Positions 10,419-20,569 of a stretch of 29,270 nt of DNA are shown here, one piece after another. How positions within the stretch are numbered: the first letter of the stretch is position 1; the number at the start of each line of letters is the position of its first letter. A model generated the notes under the pieces. It ran no database searches. It saw only the letters and a list, made by a program, of their open reading frames with translations, and was not told where the DNA came from. Source of the stretch: a virus (Duplodnaviria; Caudoviricetes); the IMG/VR virus record IMGVR_UViG_3300025889_000674, positions 1-29,270 of that record, one strand, 5' to 3'. Position numbers and translations under genes: made by a program.

Positions 10419-11129
10419 GTGCTTGTAAAAAAATATCAATACGAAACTTTCGACCGACAAACTAATAACGACACTGGTAAAAGAGTTTATGTCAACAATG
10501 CGGCAAGAATGCCTTCGGTTACTACGATTTTAGATTCCACAAAAGACAAATCAGGTCTTGCAAAGTGGATTGCACGTGTAGGCAAAGAAGAAGCTGAAAG
10601 AATCAAGAATGAAGCTGCAAAAGTTGGCACAGCGATGCATTTAACGCTCGAAAACCACATTTTAGGTACTGAGTACCATCCAAAAGACGATGACGAAATA
10701 CATGCCGTTAAAATGGCAGGAAAGGTCATATCTGAAGGATTAGTCCATGTAAACGAGGTTTGGGGCTCAGAAGTGCACCTTAGATACGGAGATTTGTATG
10801 CTGGTACAACTGACCTTGTCGGATTGTTTAAAGGCAAACCAACGATCATGGACTTTAAACAAACAAACAAACCAAAACGTAGAGAGTGGATCGAAGATTA
10901 TTTTATTCAACTTGCAGCTTATTCAGAAGCGCACAAAAAACATCATGGTGAAATAGAAGGTGGTGCAGTTTTAATGTGTAGTCGAAATTTAGAATTTCAA
11001 TTATTTGAAATAGATAAAGAACAATTACAAATGTACACTAATTTGTGGTGGGATAGATTTAATAGATTTAAAGCTATATCCAAGTCCGTACAACTTCCCC
11101 AAGCGTCTGAGCCGAAAGACGAAATTTAG
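10419..11129 (+). CDS. PD-(D/E)XK exonuclease (MGME1/Cas4/RecB-like)
   Basis: PSVTTIL, GTAMH, E...YAGTTDL, IMDFKQT, YFIQLAAY motifs. Confidence 0.85.
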   Translation: MLVKKYQYETFDRQTNNDTGKRVYVNNAARMPSVTTILDSTKDKSGLAKWIARVGKEEAERIKNEAAKVGTAMHLTLENHILGTEYHPKDDDEIHAVKMAGKVISEGLVHVNEVWGSEVHLRYGDLYAGTTDLVGLFKGKPTIMDFKQTNKPKRREWIEDYFIQLAAYSEAHKKHHGEIEGGAVLMCSRNLEFQLFEIDKEQLQMYTNLWWDRFNRFKAISKSVQLPQASEPKDEI

Positions 11130-12498
11130 TTTTTAACGCCTTAACAATTTTTTCATCTACAGTATCTTCTGTAATTAAATCAACATAAGTTACTTTTTCT
11201 GTTTGACCAATTCGGTGGGCTCGTTCTTCTGACTGCATACGATGTTCAGCATTGTAACTATTTGAATAATAAATAACCGTTGTTGCTTGGGTTAAAGTTA
11301 AACCATAACCACCGGTAGATGGATTAGCAACAAAGAATCTGCATTCAGGATTATTATGAAATTGTTTAATGGCTTCTGTTCTTTGTTCTGATGTCACCTT
11401 GCCGTAAAACGTAACAGTGCTATTGACACCATATTCTTTAATTAATTCTTCTTTTATCTGTTCAATGTTGTGGACCCAATTAGCCCAAATGATTGCTTTT
11501 CCTTCAATGCTTTCAACGACTTCCATTAAAGTATTTAATTTATTATTTTTAAGTTCAACGGTACCCGAATCACCAGTAAAGAATCCTGCTGTAATTTGAT
11601 GTAATCTTAGTATTTCAGTTAATACATTATTCACTGTCATTTCATTTTGTTGTAGATTTGCACGAGCTTCAGATTCAATTTGATCATAAAGTTTTTTCTG
11701 CTCATCGGTAAGTTGCACATAACGAACAGTGTATAATTTTTTAGGTAAATCTAAACATTCTTCTTTAGTTACTCTAAAAGAAAAGTTTGGTAACTTGTTT
11801 TCAATCTCTTCTAAATTTTTAAATCCAACTGGAGTTGCTATTTCACGATCTCCAAAATGCATGATTTCAAAATGACAATGATAATTTTTAAATGCATATA
11901 ACGATTTAAATCCTAAATGATTCGGATCGAGAAAGTAACATTGTGTGTACAAATCAAGAGGGTTTTTGGTTATCGGGGAACCAGTTAATATTCTACGGTA
12001 TTTAGCTATTTTTCTTAATTTAAGTATGTTTTTTGTACGAATTGCTTTATTATTTTTAATTGCAGTTGATTCGTCGATCGACATTAAACAATGATGTTTT
12101 TTTACAAAATCTTCAGCAAATTTTAAACCTTTCTTAGTCGAGAATGCTTCAACATTCATTACTAATAATTTTAACTGGTCAATGTTTTTTTCAATAAATT
12201 CTTTTATATTTTTTTCTTTTAAAGTGGGTTTCCATAATATACTATTATACGGCACATTTAAATGCTTAGGTAATTCATCATTCTGCCATATTGTATAAAC
12301 TGATTTAGGTGCTATAATTAAACCCGCATTTATTAAATTCTGTGAAAAAAGAATTCCTAAGTTATCAATTAAAACTTTCGTTTTACCGGTACCCATTTCC
12401 ATAAAGTATGCAAAACTTTCTTTACTCCAACCTAACTCTAAAGCTTTTCGTTGATGTTCGTACGGAGGGGTCTTGAAATTATATTTTTGTTTTTCCAC
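11074..12498 (-). CDS. SNF2-family (SF2) helicase
   Basis: EMGTGKT, IDES, LTGSP, GGYGLTL, QSEERAHRIGQ motifs. Confidence 0.92.
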   Translation of the reverse strand: MEKQKYNFKTPPYEHQRKALELGWSKESFAYFMEMGTGKTKVLIDNLGILFSQNLINAGLIIAPKSVYTIWQNDELPKHLNVPYNSILWKPTLKEKNIKEFIEKNIDQLKLLVMNVEAFSTKKGLKFAEDFVKKHHCLMSIDESTAIKNNKAIRTKNILKLRKIAKYRRILTGSPITKNPLDLYTQCYFLDPNHLGFKSLYAFKNYHCHFEIMHFGDREIATPVGFKNLEEIENKLPNFSFRVTKEECLDLPKKLYTVRYVQLTDEQKKLYDQIESEARANLQQNEMTVNNVLTEILRLHQITAGFFTGDSGTVELKNNKLNTLMEVVESIEGKAIIWANWVHNIEQIKEELIKEYGVNSTVTFYGKVTSEQRTEAIKQFHNNPECRFFVANPSTGGYGLTLTQATTVIYYSNSYNAEHRMQSEERAHRIGQTEKVTYVDLITEDTVDEKIVKALKTKFRLSAQTLGEVVRTWI

Positions 12499-12505
12499 GA
12501 ATGTG

Positions 12506-12545
12506 TAAATATATTACTTGACTTATAATTGCAATATAATATTTA
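12506..12545. promoter_or_regulatory. divergent promoter region between the SNF2 helicase and the replication operon
   Basis: TTGACT (12518)-N16-TATTTA on +; TTGCAA (12529-34)-N17-TATTTA on -; AT-rich intergenic gap. Confidence 0.4.
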
Positions 12546-12561
12546 GAGCGCAGGAGGAAAT

Positions 12562-13086
12562 ATGGTAGAACAAATAAAAAAAGGATCGGGCGATAAGTAT
12601 GACTACTTACACGATCAATGTAAAATCTTAGAACAAACAAATAAAGAAATTGAAGAACTTGAAAAACAAGTTTCTGAAAAAAAAGAATATCGAATGAAAC
12701 TTCGTGACGAAGTGATCCCTAATTTAATGGAAGAATTGAATATTAAAAAATGGGAATTCACTGACGGAACCGAAATTAGTTTATCACCGTTTTATGGAGC
12801 TAAACTATCTCAAGAAAGAAAACAAGAATGTTTTGAATGGTTGAGAGAAAACGGACACGGAGCTTTGATAAAAAATTTCATAACCGTAGACTTGGGTATG
12901 AAAAAAGACCAAGTAGCTCAAAAGGTTCTAGACTACTTGAAATCTTTAAACATTAGTTCTGAAGTAAAAGAAGATGTACACTCACAGACTTTGAAAGCCT
13001 GGTTTAAGGGTGAAATCGAAGAAGGACGATCAGTGCCATCGGATTTATTTCAAACTTATGTAACTAATAGAGCCAAACTTAAATAG
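12562..13086 (+). CDS. phage replication-module protein (N-terminal coiled coil), function unknown
   Basis: Strong AGGAGG SD; FEWLRENGHGALIK and VHSQTLKAW motifs; first gene of the replication operon. Confidence 0.75.
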   Translation: MVEQIKKGSGDKYDYLHDQCKILEQTNKEIEELEKQVSEKKEYRMKLRDEVIPNLMEELNIKKWEFTDGTEISLSPFYGAKLSQERKQECFEWLRENGHGALIKNFITVDLGMKKDQVAQKVLDYLKSLNISSEVKEDVHSQTLKAWFKGEIEEGRSVPSDLFQTYVTNRAKLK

Positions 13087-13094
13087 GAGACAAT

Positions 13095-13907
13095 ATGCAA
13101 AACGCAAAACAGCAAAACGCAACACAACAAACAAACGTCGTAAAACAAACTTCGGGTGGAGATTTAGCTAATCTTATTTCACAAGATTCTGATTTAGGAC
13201 ATGATAATGTTACTGATAATGATGTAACGTTACCTAGACTTAAATTACTGGCTAGTACCTCACCTGAGTGTCAACCAGGAAGTTCAGATTATATAGATTC
13301 TGCAAGACCTACTATGTTTTTAAATAGTGTCACAAAAAGTCTATATGATGGTAGTCAAGGACTATTTGTAGTTCCGTGTTATTATAAACTTACTTATAAA
13401 GAGTGGGACATGAATAACACAAGCTCTGGTCCTATAGCGGAATATCCAGGAGACCACGATATAAAACATCAAACTACTAGACAAGGATCGAAAGATGTTC
13501 TTCCTAATGGCAACGTGTTAGAGGCTAACGGAGAACATTATATTTTAATTCTTGATGAAAACTTTAACGTAGCAGAGAAAGCTGTTGTTTACATGAGTAA
13601 GACTCAGTTTAAAAAATCAAAACAATGGAATGCTATGATTATGAATATGAGAAAAGAAATCAACGGCAAAAAAACAGAGATGCCTAGATGGTCTCAAATT
13701 TATAAAATGAGTTCAATCATGGAAAGAAATAAAACATATTCTTGGCCAGGATTTGTGATTAATCATCATGGTGACGTATCTGCAGATGTTTATAAAATTG
13801 GAAAACAGTTTTATGAAACAATCAAAAAAGGTGATATTAAAGTTCAATCTGAAGCACAGGCTACAGCTTCAACTGAGAATGTAGCAGGTGACAAACCACC
13901 ATTTTAA
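13095..13907 (+). CDS. putative single-stranded DNA-binding/annealing protein
   Basis: Lies just before the primase; flexible tail ending GDKPPF, like SSB C-terminal tips; aromatic-rich core. Confidence 0.55.
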   Translation: MQNAKQQNATQQTNVVKQTSGGDLANLISQDSDLGHDNVTDNDVTLPRLKLLASTSPECQPGSSDYIDSARPTMFLNSVTKSLYDGSQGLFVVPCYYKLTYKEWDMNNTSSGPIAEYPGDHDIKHQTTRQGSKDVLPNGNVLEANGEHYILILDENFNVAEKAVVYMSKTQFKKSKQWNAMIMNMRKEINGKKTEMPRWSQIYKMSSIMERNKTYSWPGFVINHHGDVSADVYKIGKQFYETIKKGDIKVQSEAQATASTENVAGDKPPF

Positions 13908-15439
13908 TGATTCAAGAGTTCATAGACCTTTTCAAAGGCTTGGACATTGCCTATGGAGAATATTTCCTTAATGGAGATCGAGACTCCAAGACCGGTAAAA
14001 CAAAGGGCCAAGCGATTACTAAGCGTGGCCCTGTTACCGAAGAACTATTTAGAAAACATTTAAACGGAGAGATTAATTTAGGTATTATTCCTATTAACAA
14101 AGAAAATAAATGTTCATGGGGATGTATTGATGTTGATAAATATAATCTTGACCATAAAGCTTTAATAGAAAAATTTCGTTATAAAAAATATCCTTTAGTT
14201 CCTTATCGATCAAAATCTGGTGGGGTGCATTTATTCTTACACATTAACGGTCACGTGTCTGCTTCAGACATGATTGATAAATTAACTGCGATTGCATCTG
14301 ATTTAGGATTATCTTCTTGTGAGATATTTCCAAAACAAAGAGAAATAATGGTTCACAAAAACGATCTCGGTAATTGGTTGAATATACCTTACCAACAAGC
14401 AGCTCGCACTACTAGATATGCTATGTATGATAATGGTGTAGGGGTTCCTGTAAATGATTTGTTTGGATTTGTAAGTAAATATCGAGTTACACCAGAACAG
14501 TTTTATCAAATTGAAATTGAGAAAGTAACAGATCAAGAAGATGAATTTGATCAATTCCCACCATGCTTACAAGCTTTAATTAGAAACAATTGTGAAGACG
14601 GATATCGAAACAATGCGCTCACGGGATTTGCAACCTTAGCTAAAAAAAGAAATCCAGAGGGTTGGCAAAAAGAAGTTTGGGATCGTAATGAAATGTTTAA
14701 CGAACCACTTCCAAAATCTGAAGTTCAAGGATTAATTAAACAATATGAGAAAAAAGATTACTCTTATAAATGTTCTGATCTTCCGTTAAAATCACATTGT
14801 AATGCAGCTTTGTGTAAAGAATTAAAATATGGAATTGATTCTGGTTCCTATGTGCCATCCATTGATTCTTTTCAAAGACTTAAAACAAATCCACCTATTT
14901 ATTTTTTAACTCTTGGCAAAATGACCGTTGAGTTAACTGGCAAACAATTAAATCAACAACAATTATTATCTGAACAATTATTTGATCAAGCTGATATTGT
15001 TTGGATGAAAATGAAAGACAAAGATTATAGAAAATTTTTAGTGCAGCTAAAAACAATGCAACAAGATATTGAAGGCTATGATGAAACCGAAGAATCAGAA
15101 CAAGAATTTAAAGACACGATTATTCAATTTACACAAGAAACACAACAAGCAGATAACCCATCACAAGTTGAAGCAGATATGTGGTATTTAAATAAAGATT
15201 CTATTGTATTTAAGTACAGAACATTCGAAAGATTTATTAGAAAAAACAATAAAACTATTAAAAAATTTGAGATTATCAATGTCTTAAAGAAAAATGGTTG
15301 TAGTAAAAAAGCTTACTATGACAAACTTAAATTAAAAAATGTTTGGTTAGTAGATAAAGTTGAAGAACCAGTTATAGAAAGGTCGAGTAATGTTTTGTTC
15401 CAAAGAACAAAGGCACCATTTGAAGAAGAAAACAGTTAA
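13907..15439 (+). CDS. AEP-family primase/prim-pol with a PriCT-like domain
   Basis: CIDVD (DxD), RSKSGGVHLF, GNWLNIPY, PPCL...GYRNNAL, Cys cluster YKC..HC..LC. Confidence 0.8.
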   Translation: MIQEFIDLFKGLDIAYGEYFLNGDRDSKTGKTKGQAITKRGPVTEELFRKHLNGEINLGIIPINKENKCSWGCIDVDKYNLDHKALIEKFRYKKYPLVPYRSKSGGVHLFLHINGHVSASDMIDKLTAIASDLGLSSCEIFPKQREIMVHKNDLGNWLNIPYQQAARTTRYAMYDNGVGVPVNDLFGFVSKYRVTPEQFYQIEIEKVTDQEDEFDQFPPCLQALIRNNCEDGYRNNALTGFATLAKKRNPEGWQKEVWDRNEMFNEPLPKSEVQGLIKQYEKKDYSYKCSDLPLKSHCNAALCKELKYGIDSGSYVPSIDSFQRLKTNPPIYFLTLGKMTVELTGKQLNQQQLLSEQLFDQADIVWMKMKDKDYRKFLVQLKTMQQDIEGYDETEESEQEFKDTIIQFTQETQQADNPSQVEADMWYLNKDSIVFKYRTFERFIRKNNKTIKKFEIINVLKKNGCSKKAYYDKLKLKNVWLVDKVEEPVIERSSNVLFQRTKAPFEEENS

Positions 15440-16976
15440 GATCTTTGGTCCTCCAGGGACAGGTAAAACAACCACTTTGTTAAATCACTTAGATCGATTG
15501 TTTGCTAAAGGCCTCAGACCGATTCAAGTTGCATTTTTAGCATTTACAAACAAAGCAGTAGATACTGCAGTCGAAAGAGCAAAGAAACAATTTTTAGATT
15601 CTACTGATGAAGACATGTTTAATTTTAGAACTTTACATAGTTTTTGTAGACAAAATTTTAAATCTAAACCAGTCATTGACCCCGAAACAGACATGGTTGA
15701 ATTTGCTGAAAAATTAAAATTACCTAAGATTCGATATGAAAAACATAATGGCCAAGCAGTTTGGAATGACTGGTCGTTAAGAGTTTACGATAAAGCAAGA
15801 AATAGATTAGTGTCTCCAATTGAACAATACAAAAAAGAAGAAAATAAAAGAGTAGTTAGAGCGAAATATGAAATAATTATTAATGCATACGAACAATTTA
15901 AAAAAAATCATCGAGTAGATTTTACAGACATGATTGAAGAGTATTTGGAAAAAGCAGATGACCCTAGTTTTAAAGTTTTAATTGTGGACGAAGCTCAAGA
16001 TTTAACTCCCCTTCAATGGAAGTTAGTTTATAAGTTAGCTAAAAATTCTGATAAGATATATCTTGCAGGAGACGATGACCAAGCAATCTATGAATGGAAT
16101 GGAGCAGAGGTAGAAAATTTTATAGATTTTCCAGGACGAAATTTTATATTAAATCGATCGCACAGAATACCTAAAAAAATTCATCAATATTCACAATATA
16201 TTTCAACTTATATCAAAAACCGAGTAGAGAAAAAATTTATTCCTTTAAAAGAAGAAGGAAGTATTTTTACTTACAATCGTTTTATTGACATACCTTTTAA
16301 ACAACCAGGTTCATGGATGATTTTAGGTCGAACTAATAAAATAGTCTATGAATTAAAAGAAGAAGCAAGAAAACTTGGATTGTATTTTAAAGATACCAAT
16401 GAGCATAAATCGTTTGATTCTAATAAATATAAAGCTGTTCAATCATGGAACAAGTTAATAAATGGCGACAGTATTCAAAAGCACGAGGTGCAAGTACTTT
16501 ATATGTTTATCAATGATATTCAACACGGTTATCGGAGTACGGATACTAAAAGATGGTCTTCGGTGCATAAAGAACAATTATTAGATTTAAATTTTTTAAA
16601 AGAATACGGAGGATTGAAAGCTGAAGTTAAAAACTGGCAAGACATGTTTAACAGAAACTTTCCTGAAAAAGATAAAATTTATTTTGAAAATGTTGTAAAA
16701 AATGGTACAAACATGGATGAAGATCCACGGATTCTTATCGACACCATACATTCAATCAAAGGAGATGAAGCGGATCATATTTTATTATATGAGAAAAGTA
16801 GTTACGCAGCTTCAATCTATCGTAAAAGCTCTAAAGCAGTTAGTTCAGAATATAGAGTTTGGTATGTGGGGGTTACCAGAGCCAAAAAAAATTTACATAT
16901 ATTACGGAGTAACTTTGATACTACTTTCCCTTTATGTAGGCTTAAAAACGAACTAGAAAGGTTAGACTATGAATAA
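15420..16976 (+). CDS. UvrD/Rep-like superfamily 1 helicase
   Basis: GPPGTGKT, AFTNKA, TLHSF, VDEAQD, AGDDDQAIY, TIHSIKGDE, YVGVTRA; start is TTG 15420 or ATG 15390. Confidence 0.9.
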   Translation: MKKKTVKIFGPPGTGKTTTLLNHLDRLFAKGLRPIQVAFLAFTNKAVDTAVERAKKQFLDSTDEDMFNFRTLHSFCRQNFKSKPVIDPETDMVEFAEKLKLPKIRYEKHNGQAVWNDWSLRVYDKARNRLVSPIEQYKKEENKRVVRAKYEIIINAYEQFKKNHRVDFTDMIEEYLEKADDPSFKVLIVDEAQDLTPLQWKLVYKLAKNSDKIYLAGDDDQAIYEWNGAEVENFIDFPGRNFILNRSHRIPKKIHQYSQYISTYIKNRVEKKFIPLKEEGSIFTYNRFIDIPFKQPGSWMILGRTNKIVYELKEEARKLGLYFKDTNEHKSFDSNKYKAVQSWNKLINGDSIQKHEVQVLYMFINDIQHGYRSTDTKRWSSVHKEQLLDLNFLKEYGGLKAEVKNWQDMFNRNFPEKDKIYFENVVKNGTNMDEDPRILIDTIHSIKGDEADHILLYEKSSYAASIYRKSSKAVSSEYRVWYVGVTRAKKNLHILRSNFDTTFPLCRLKNELERLDYE

Positions 16977-17238
16977 AAAAGATATGGATGAAGCGTTTCC
17001 GTTAGATCATCAGGTAGGTGGAGACCACTATAAAGACCTTAAAATTCAACCATTTACGTATTATAGAGCTAATAATTTTAACCCAACCCAAGCTGCAATT
17101 ATAAAATATGCATCAAGATTGTACACCAAAGGAGATGTATTTGAACAACTCGACAAAATTATTCAATTTTGTAATTTAGAAAAGGACTATATACGTACAC
17201 ATGGCCAACCGAATAAAAAAAACAATAAAAGTAAATAA
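16969..17238 (+). CDS. DUF3310-family protein (T7 gp1.7-like nucleotide kinase domain)
   Basis: QVGGDHYK...IQP...IIKYASR...K motif. Confidence 0.7.
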   Translation: MNKKDMDEAFPLDHQVGGDHYKDLKIQPFTYYRANNFNPTQAAIIKYASRLYTKGDVFEQLDKIIQFCNLEKDYIRTHGQPNKKNNKSK

Positions 17239-17401
17239 CCATACATTTCATCTTGAAATCTATATTCAACTTGAAGGAACTAAAGATGTTACTTGGGAAA
17301 TCTTCCCAGAAGATTATCATGCAGCTCTTTATGCATTTAGCAACAAACAAAAATTAAATAAAATAATAGAGGACAAACACATTTATGAGCCATCAAATTA
17401 A
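17201..17401 (+). CDS. hypothetical protein
   Basis: Fills the gap in the co-directional replication operon and overlaps both neighbours. Confidence 0.6.
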   Translation: MANRIKKTIKVNNHTFHLEIYIQLEGTKDVTWEIFPEDYHAALYAFSNKQKLNKIIEDKHIYEPSN

Positions 17402-19256
17402 TTTTATATTTAGAGAATCGGATTGGAAAACTCCAACACACTTTCCCGATTTAAGATCAGCAAAAGAAGTTGCAATTGACTTGGAAACTAAGGATCCAAA
17501 TATTAAAAATCGTGGTCCTGGATGGCCGTTTATGGATGGGAATATTATTGGAGTTGCAGTCGCTGCAGATGGTTTTAAAGGTTATTATCCAATTGCTCAT
17601 GAAGCAGGTTCCAACATGGACATGAAAATGGTTTTAGACTGGGTGCAAGATATTTGTAGTGCGCCTTGCGATAAAATATTTCACAATGCAGCGTATGACG
17701 TAGGTTGGTTAAGGGCTCACGGAGTACGGATCAAGCAAGGTCGAATCATTGATACTATGATTGCTGCAGCTTTAGTAGATGAAAATAGATTTTCATATTC
17801 ATTAAATGCATTATGTTTTGACTGGTTAGGTGAAGTTAAGGCAGAGAAAGAATTAAAAGAGATTGCAGACGAGTGGATGGTAGATGCAAAAGGAGAAATG
17901 TATAAACTCCCAGCGCAGTTTGTAGGTTATTATGCAGAACAAGATGCGGAACTAACGTTAAAACTTTGGCAACATTTAAAAGTAAAAATAGAAAAAGAAT
18001 CTTTGTTTGATATTTTTGATTTAGAATGTGATGTCTTTAAAGTGGTTCATGAAATGAGAGCACACGGTGTACGTGTAAATTTAGAACAAGCACAGAACTT
18101 AAAAGATACGTTTGTCGAACAAGAAAAAAAATTATTACATCAAATAAAAAAACTTTGTGGATTAGATGTAGAACTTTGGGCAGCAAGATCTATTGCAAAA
18201 GCATTTGATAAATTAAATATTAAATATCCATTATCAGAAAAAGCAAAAGAACCTAGCTTTACTGCGAACTGGTTACTTAATTGTGATGCTCCAATTGCAA
18301 AATTTATTAGAGAAGCAAGAGAAATTAATAAATTTCATAGCACATTTATTGATTCTATTTTTAAATATTCACATAACGGACGAATACATGCGGACATCAA
18401 TCAATTACGATCCGATAGTGGGGGTACGGTATCCGGTAGACTAAGTTATTCAAATCCTAATTTACAACAGATTCCTGCTAGAAACAAAGACTTCGGTCCT
18501 AAAATTAGGGCTCTATTTAAGCCTGACAGCGGTTTTGAGTGGGGTTCATTCGATTATTCACAGCAAGAGCCACGTATGGTCGTACACTATGCTTCTAGCA
18601 TTGGATTTGAAGGAGCTTATGATTTAATTCGAGCTTATGAAAAAGAAGACACAGACTTTCACCAAACTGTTGCAGAAATGGCTGGAATACCAAGGACTCA
18701 AGCAAAAACAATTAACCTAGGTTTATTTTATGGAATGGGAGTGAATAAACTAGCAAGAGAACTTGGAATTGATAAAGACCAAGCAACAGAAATATTAAAC
18801 CAGTACAATTCAAAAGTCCCTTTTGTAAAACAACTTGCAAGACGATGTAGCGATTCAGCTGAAACAAATGGTTCTATTCGGACGATAAAAGGTCGTCGAT
18901 GTAGATTTGATCAATGGGAACCACAAGCTTGGGGTTTACACAAATCTTTACCTTACGATGAAGCAGTTGTAAAATATGGTAAAAATAATTTAAAACGAGC
19001 AGGAACATACAAAGCTCTTAACCGGTTGATCCAAGGTTCAGCTGCGGATCAAGTTAAAGTTGCGATGGTTGAAGCTTATAAAAAAGGTTTCTTGCCATTG
19101 ATTCAAATACATGATGAATTATGTTTTAATGTTCGTCCAGCCAAAGATGTATCAGAAATAAAAGAAATTATGGAGAAATGCATCCCAGAATTAAAGGTAC
19201 CATCATTAGTAGATGTTGAAATCGGAAAGAGCTGGGGTGAATGTCAGAAAATATAA
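17385..19256 (+). CDS. polA: family A DNA polymerase with 3'-5' exonuclease and no 5'-3' exonuclease
   Basis: Exo I IDLET, Exo II FHNAAYD, Exo III YAEQD; SGRLSYSNPNLQQIP; motif A DYSQQEPR; motif B RTQAKTINLGLFYG; motif C IHDE. Confidence 0.95.
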   Translation: MSHQINFIFRESDWKTPTHFPDLRSAKEVAIDLETKDPNIKNRGPGWPFMDGNIIGVAVAADGFKGYYPIAHEAGSNMDMKMVLDWVQDICSAPCDKIFHNAAYDVGWLRAHGVRIKQGRIIDTMIAAALVDENRFSYSLNALCFDWLGEVKAEKELKEIADEWMVDAKGEMYKLPAQFVGYYAEQDAELTLKLWQHLKVKIEKESLFDIFDLECDVFKVVHEMRAHGVRVNLEQAQNLKDTFVEQEKKLLHQIKKLCGLDVELWAARSIAKAFDKLNIKYPLSEKAKEPSFTANWLLNCDAPIAKFIREAREINKFHSTFIDSIFKYSHNGRIHADINQLRSDSGGTVSGRLSYSNPNLQQIPARNKDFGPKIRALFKPDSGFEWGSFDYSQQEPRMVVHYASSIGFEGAYDLIRAYEKEDTDFHQTVAEMAGIPRTQAKTINLGLFYGMGVNKLARELGIDKDQATEILNQYNSKVPFVKQLARRCSDSAETNGSIRTIKGRRCRFDQWEPQAWGLHKSLPYDEAVVKYGKNNLKRAGTYKALNRLIQGSAADQVKVAMVEAYKKGFLPLIQIHDELCFNVRPAKDVSEIKEIMEKCIPELKVPSLVDVEIGKSWGECQKI

Positions 19257-19441
19257 ATCGAAAAAATTTAAATTTAGGGAAATGTCCTACATGTGATGAG
19301 TGGACTCATTTTGATTTAATTAAAAAAATTAGTAAATCTAAATCAATTGTAAAATGTAGTTTTTGTTTAAACAAATTAAAACAATATAAAAATGGAAAAG
19401 TACATTACGAAGAAATTAAATCACACGACCTTTTCGGGTAA
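19241..19441 (+). CDS. small zinc-ribbon protein
   Basis: CPTC...CSFC; GGGGTGA SD. Confidence 0.6.
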   Translation: MSENINRKNLNLGKCPTCDEWTHFDLIKKISKSKSIVKCSFCLNKLKQYKNGKVHYEEIKSHDLFG

Positions 19442-19595
19442 AATTGTCTGTGAACAATGCAAGAAAAAAATTTCAGTAATTATTGAAAATAAAAAATATT
19501 ATTGTGGAGAGTGTGCTTTACATAATCTCAAAGTAAAAGAGGGCGCAAAGGCCTTGACCAAATCAATGGTTTGGAAAATAAAATATAAAAACTAA
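19392..19595 (+). CDS. small zinc-finger protein
   Basis: CEQC...CGEC; start uncertain. Confidence 0.5.
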   Translation: MEKYITKKLNHTTFSGKIVCEQCKKKISVIIENKKYYCGECALHNLKVKEGAKALTKSMVWKIKYKN

Positions 19596-19598
19596 TAA

Positions 19599-19799
19599 CT
19601 AAGCAGTTGCTTCGTCACTAGCAATATCAAAAAGACCTTTTTTTGCATCTTCAACTGATTGAGCTGCAATCTTAACTTTAAGATCTTTTATTTTAATGTC
19701 GATCCACTTCATGTCTGTTGTAACTCTACCCTGTGCTAACGCTTTGTTGGCCCATTGAGACTCCAACTGAAGTTTCTCCGATATTAACTTTTGTAACAT
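19599..19799 (-). CDS. hypothetical coiled-coil protein (MLQKLISEKL...)
   Basis: ATG at 19799 with a GAGGAGG SD on the - strand (CCTCCTC at 19806-19812). Confidence 0.7.
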   Translation of the reverse strand: MLQKLISEKLQLESQWANKALAQGRVTTDMKWIDIKIKDLKVKIAAQSVEDAKKGLFDIASDEATA

Positions 19800-19989
19800 C
19801 TTTGACCTCCTCAAAAGTTACAAAACAGTAGTCTGGTCGATACATGTTTTCATCTTCGACCTTATCAAAGGAATCCCCTTGATCTACTGCTTTCAAAAGT
19901 CTTTGGTTTGCATCTTGATCGTCTTCGGCCTGGACTACCTTTTCGTAGTACTTTCCAGCACACCGAATTTTAAAAAGATAAGACTTCAT
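19726..19989 (-). CDS. hypothetical protein, probably leaderless
   Basis: ATG is 6 nt downstream of a -10 box; no SD. Confidence 0.7.
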   Translation of the reverse strand: MKSYLFKIRCAGKYYEKVVQAEDDQDANQRLLKAVDQGDSFDKVEDENMYRPDYCFVTFEEVKDVTKVNIGETSVGVSMGQQSVSTG

Positions 19990-19995
19990 GTATGT

Positions 19996-20024
19996 AGATT
20001 AATGATAATGGGAGGAAAAGTCAA
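19996..20024 (-). promoter_or_regulatory. sigma70-type promoter with a TCCCAT operator core in the spacer
   Basis: - strand TTGACT-N17-TAATCT. Confidence 0.65.
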
Positions 20025-20254
20025 CTACTTTGAATCTCTTTACATTCAAATTTAATAGCTAATTTTTCTTTATTTATGCGGTTTTTTCCATAATAAGACT
20101 CATCCTGGGCTAATAATTTCATGCTTTCTTGCCCTAAAGCATAGCCAGCAATGGCACAATCGTAATGACTTTTAAACATGTATTTTGGTGTCGTGGATTC
20201 AAAACATTGTCCAGTAATTAAACTGCAAAGATGTAAAATTAAAATAAATTTCAT
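20021..20254 (-). CDS. small Cys-containing protein with a hydrophobic N-terminus (possibly exported)
   Basis: MKFILILHLCSLITGQC; four Cys. Confidence 0.7.
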   Translation of the reverse strand: MKFILILHLCSLITGQCFESTTPKYMFKSHYDCAIAGYALGQESMKLLAQDESYYGKNRINKEKLAIKFECKEIQSS

Positions 20255-20281
20255 TATTCACATTATGTTTTATTTTATTGC

Positions 20282-20317
20282 TTGACAATAGATACAAAAA
20301 AATTATTATCATGGGAT
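20282..20317 (+). promoter_or_regulatory. sigma70-type promoter with a CATGGGAT operator near +1
   Basis: TTGACA-N16-TATTAT followed by CATGGGAT (20310-20317). Confidence 0.7.
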
Positions 20318-20569
20318 ATGAAGATAAAATTAGTTTCACAAACTAACATGGAACGATCTGTTTCTTCAGAGGGTAAAAAGGATCCGTTGTATTTAGATCC
20401 AATCTCAATTGAAAAGTTTACAGTTGAGTGGGATAAAAATGCAAAAACATTAACATTATTTTTAAATGATGCCACACTAAATCAATTTAAAACTGGTGAT
20501 TTAGAAAAAATGTTTGATTCACTTTTACTATCAATAAAAGAACAAATGCTAAAATGGAGGAAAAACTAA
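20318..20569 (+). CDS. hypothetical protein (MKIKLVSQ...)
   Basis: The track's TTG start at 20282 is the -35 box; in-frame ATG 20318 is preferred. Confidence 0.65.
   Translation: MKIKLVSQTNMERSVSSEGKKDPLYLDPISIEKFTVEWDKNAKTLTLFLNDATLNQFKTGDLEKMFDSLLLSIKEQMLKWRKN

Noticed and set aside
10487-17350. Alternative-frame or antisense ORFs 10487..10870, 11417..11599, 14309..14554, 16702..16956 and 17159..17350
   Set aside because: Nested in well-supported replication genes with no protein-like signature
20282-20317. TTG start at 20282 for the 95-aa ORF (and ATG 28615 for the 145-aa ORF)
   Set aside because: Both starts lie inside promoter elements; downstream ATGs at 20318 and 28660 fit better
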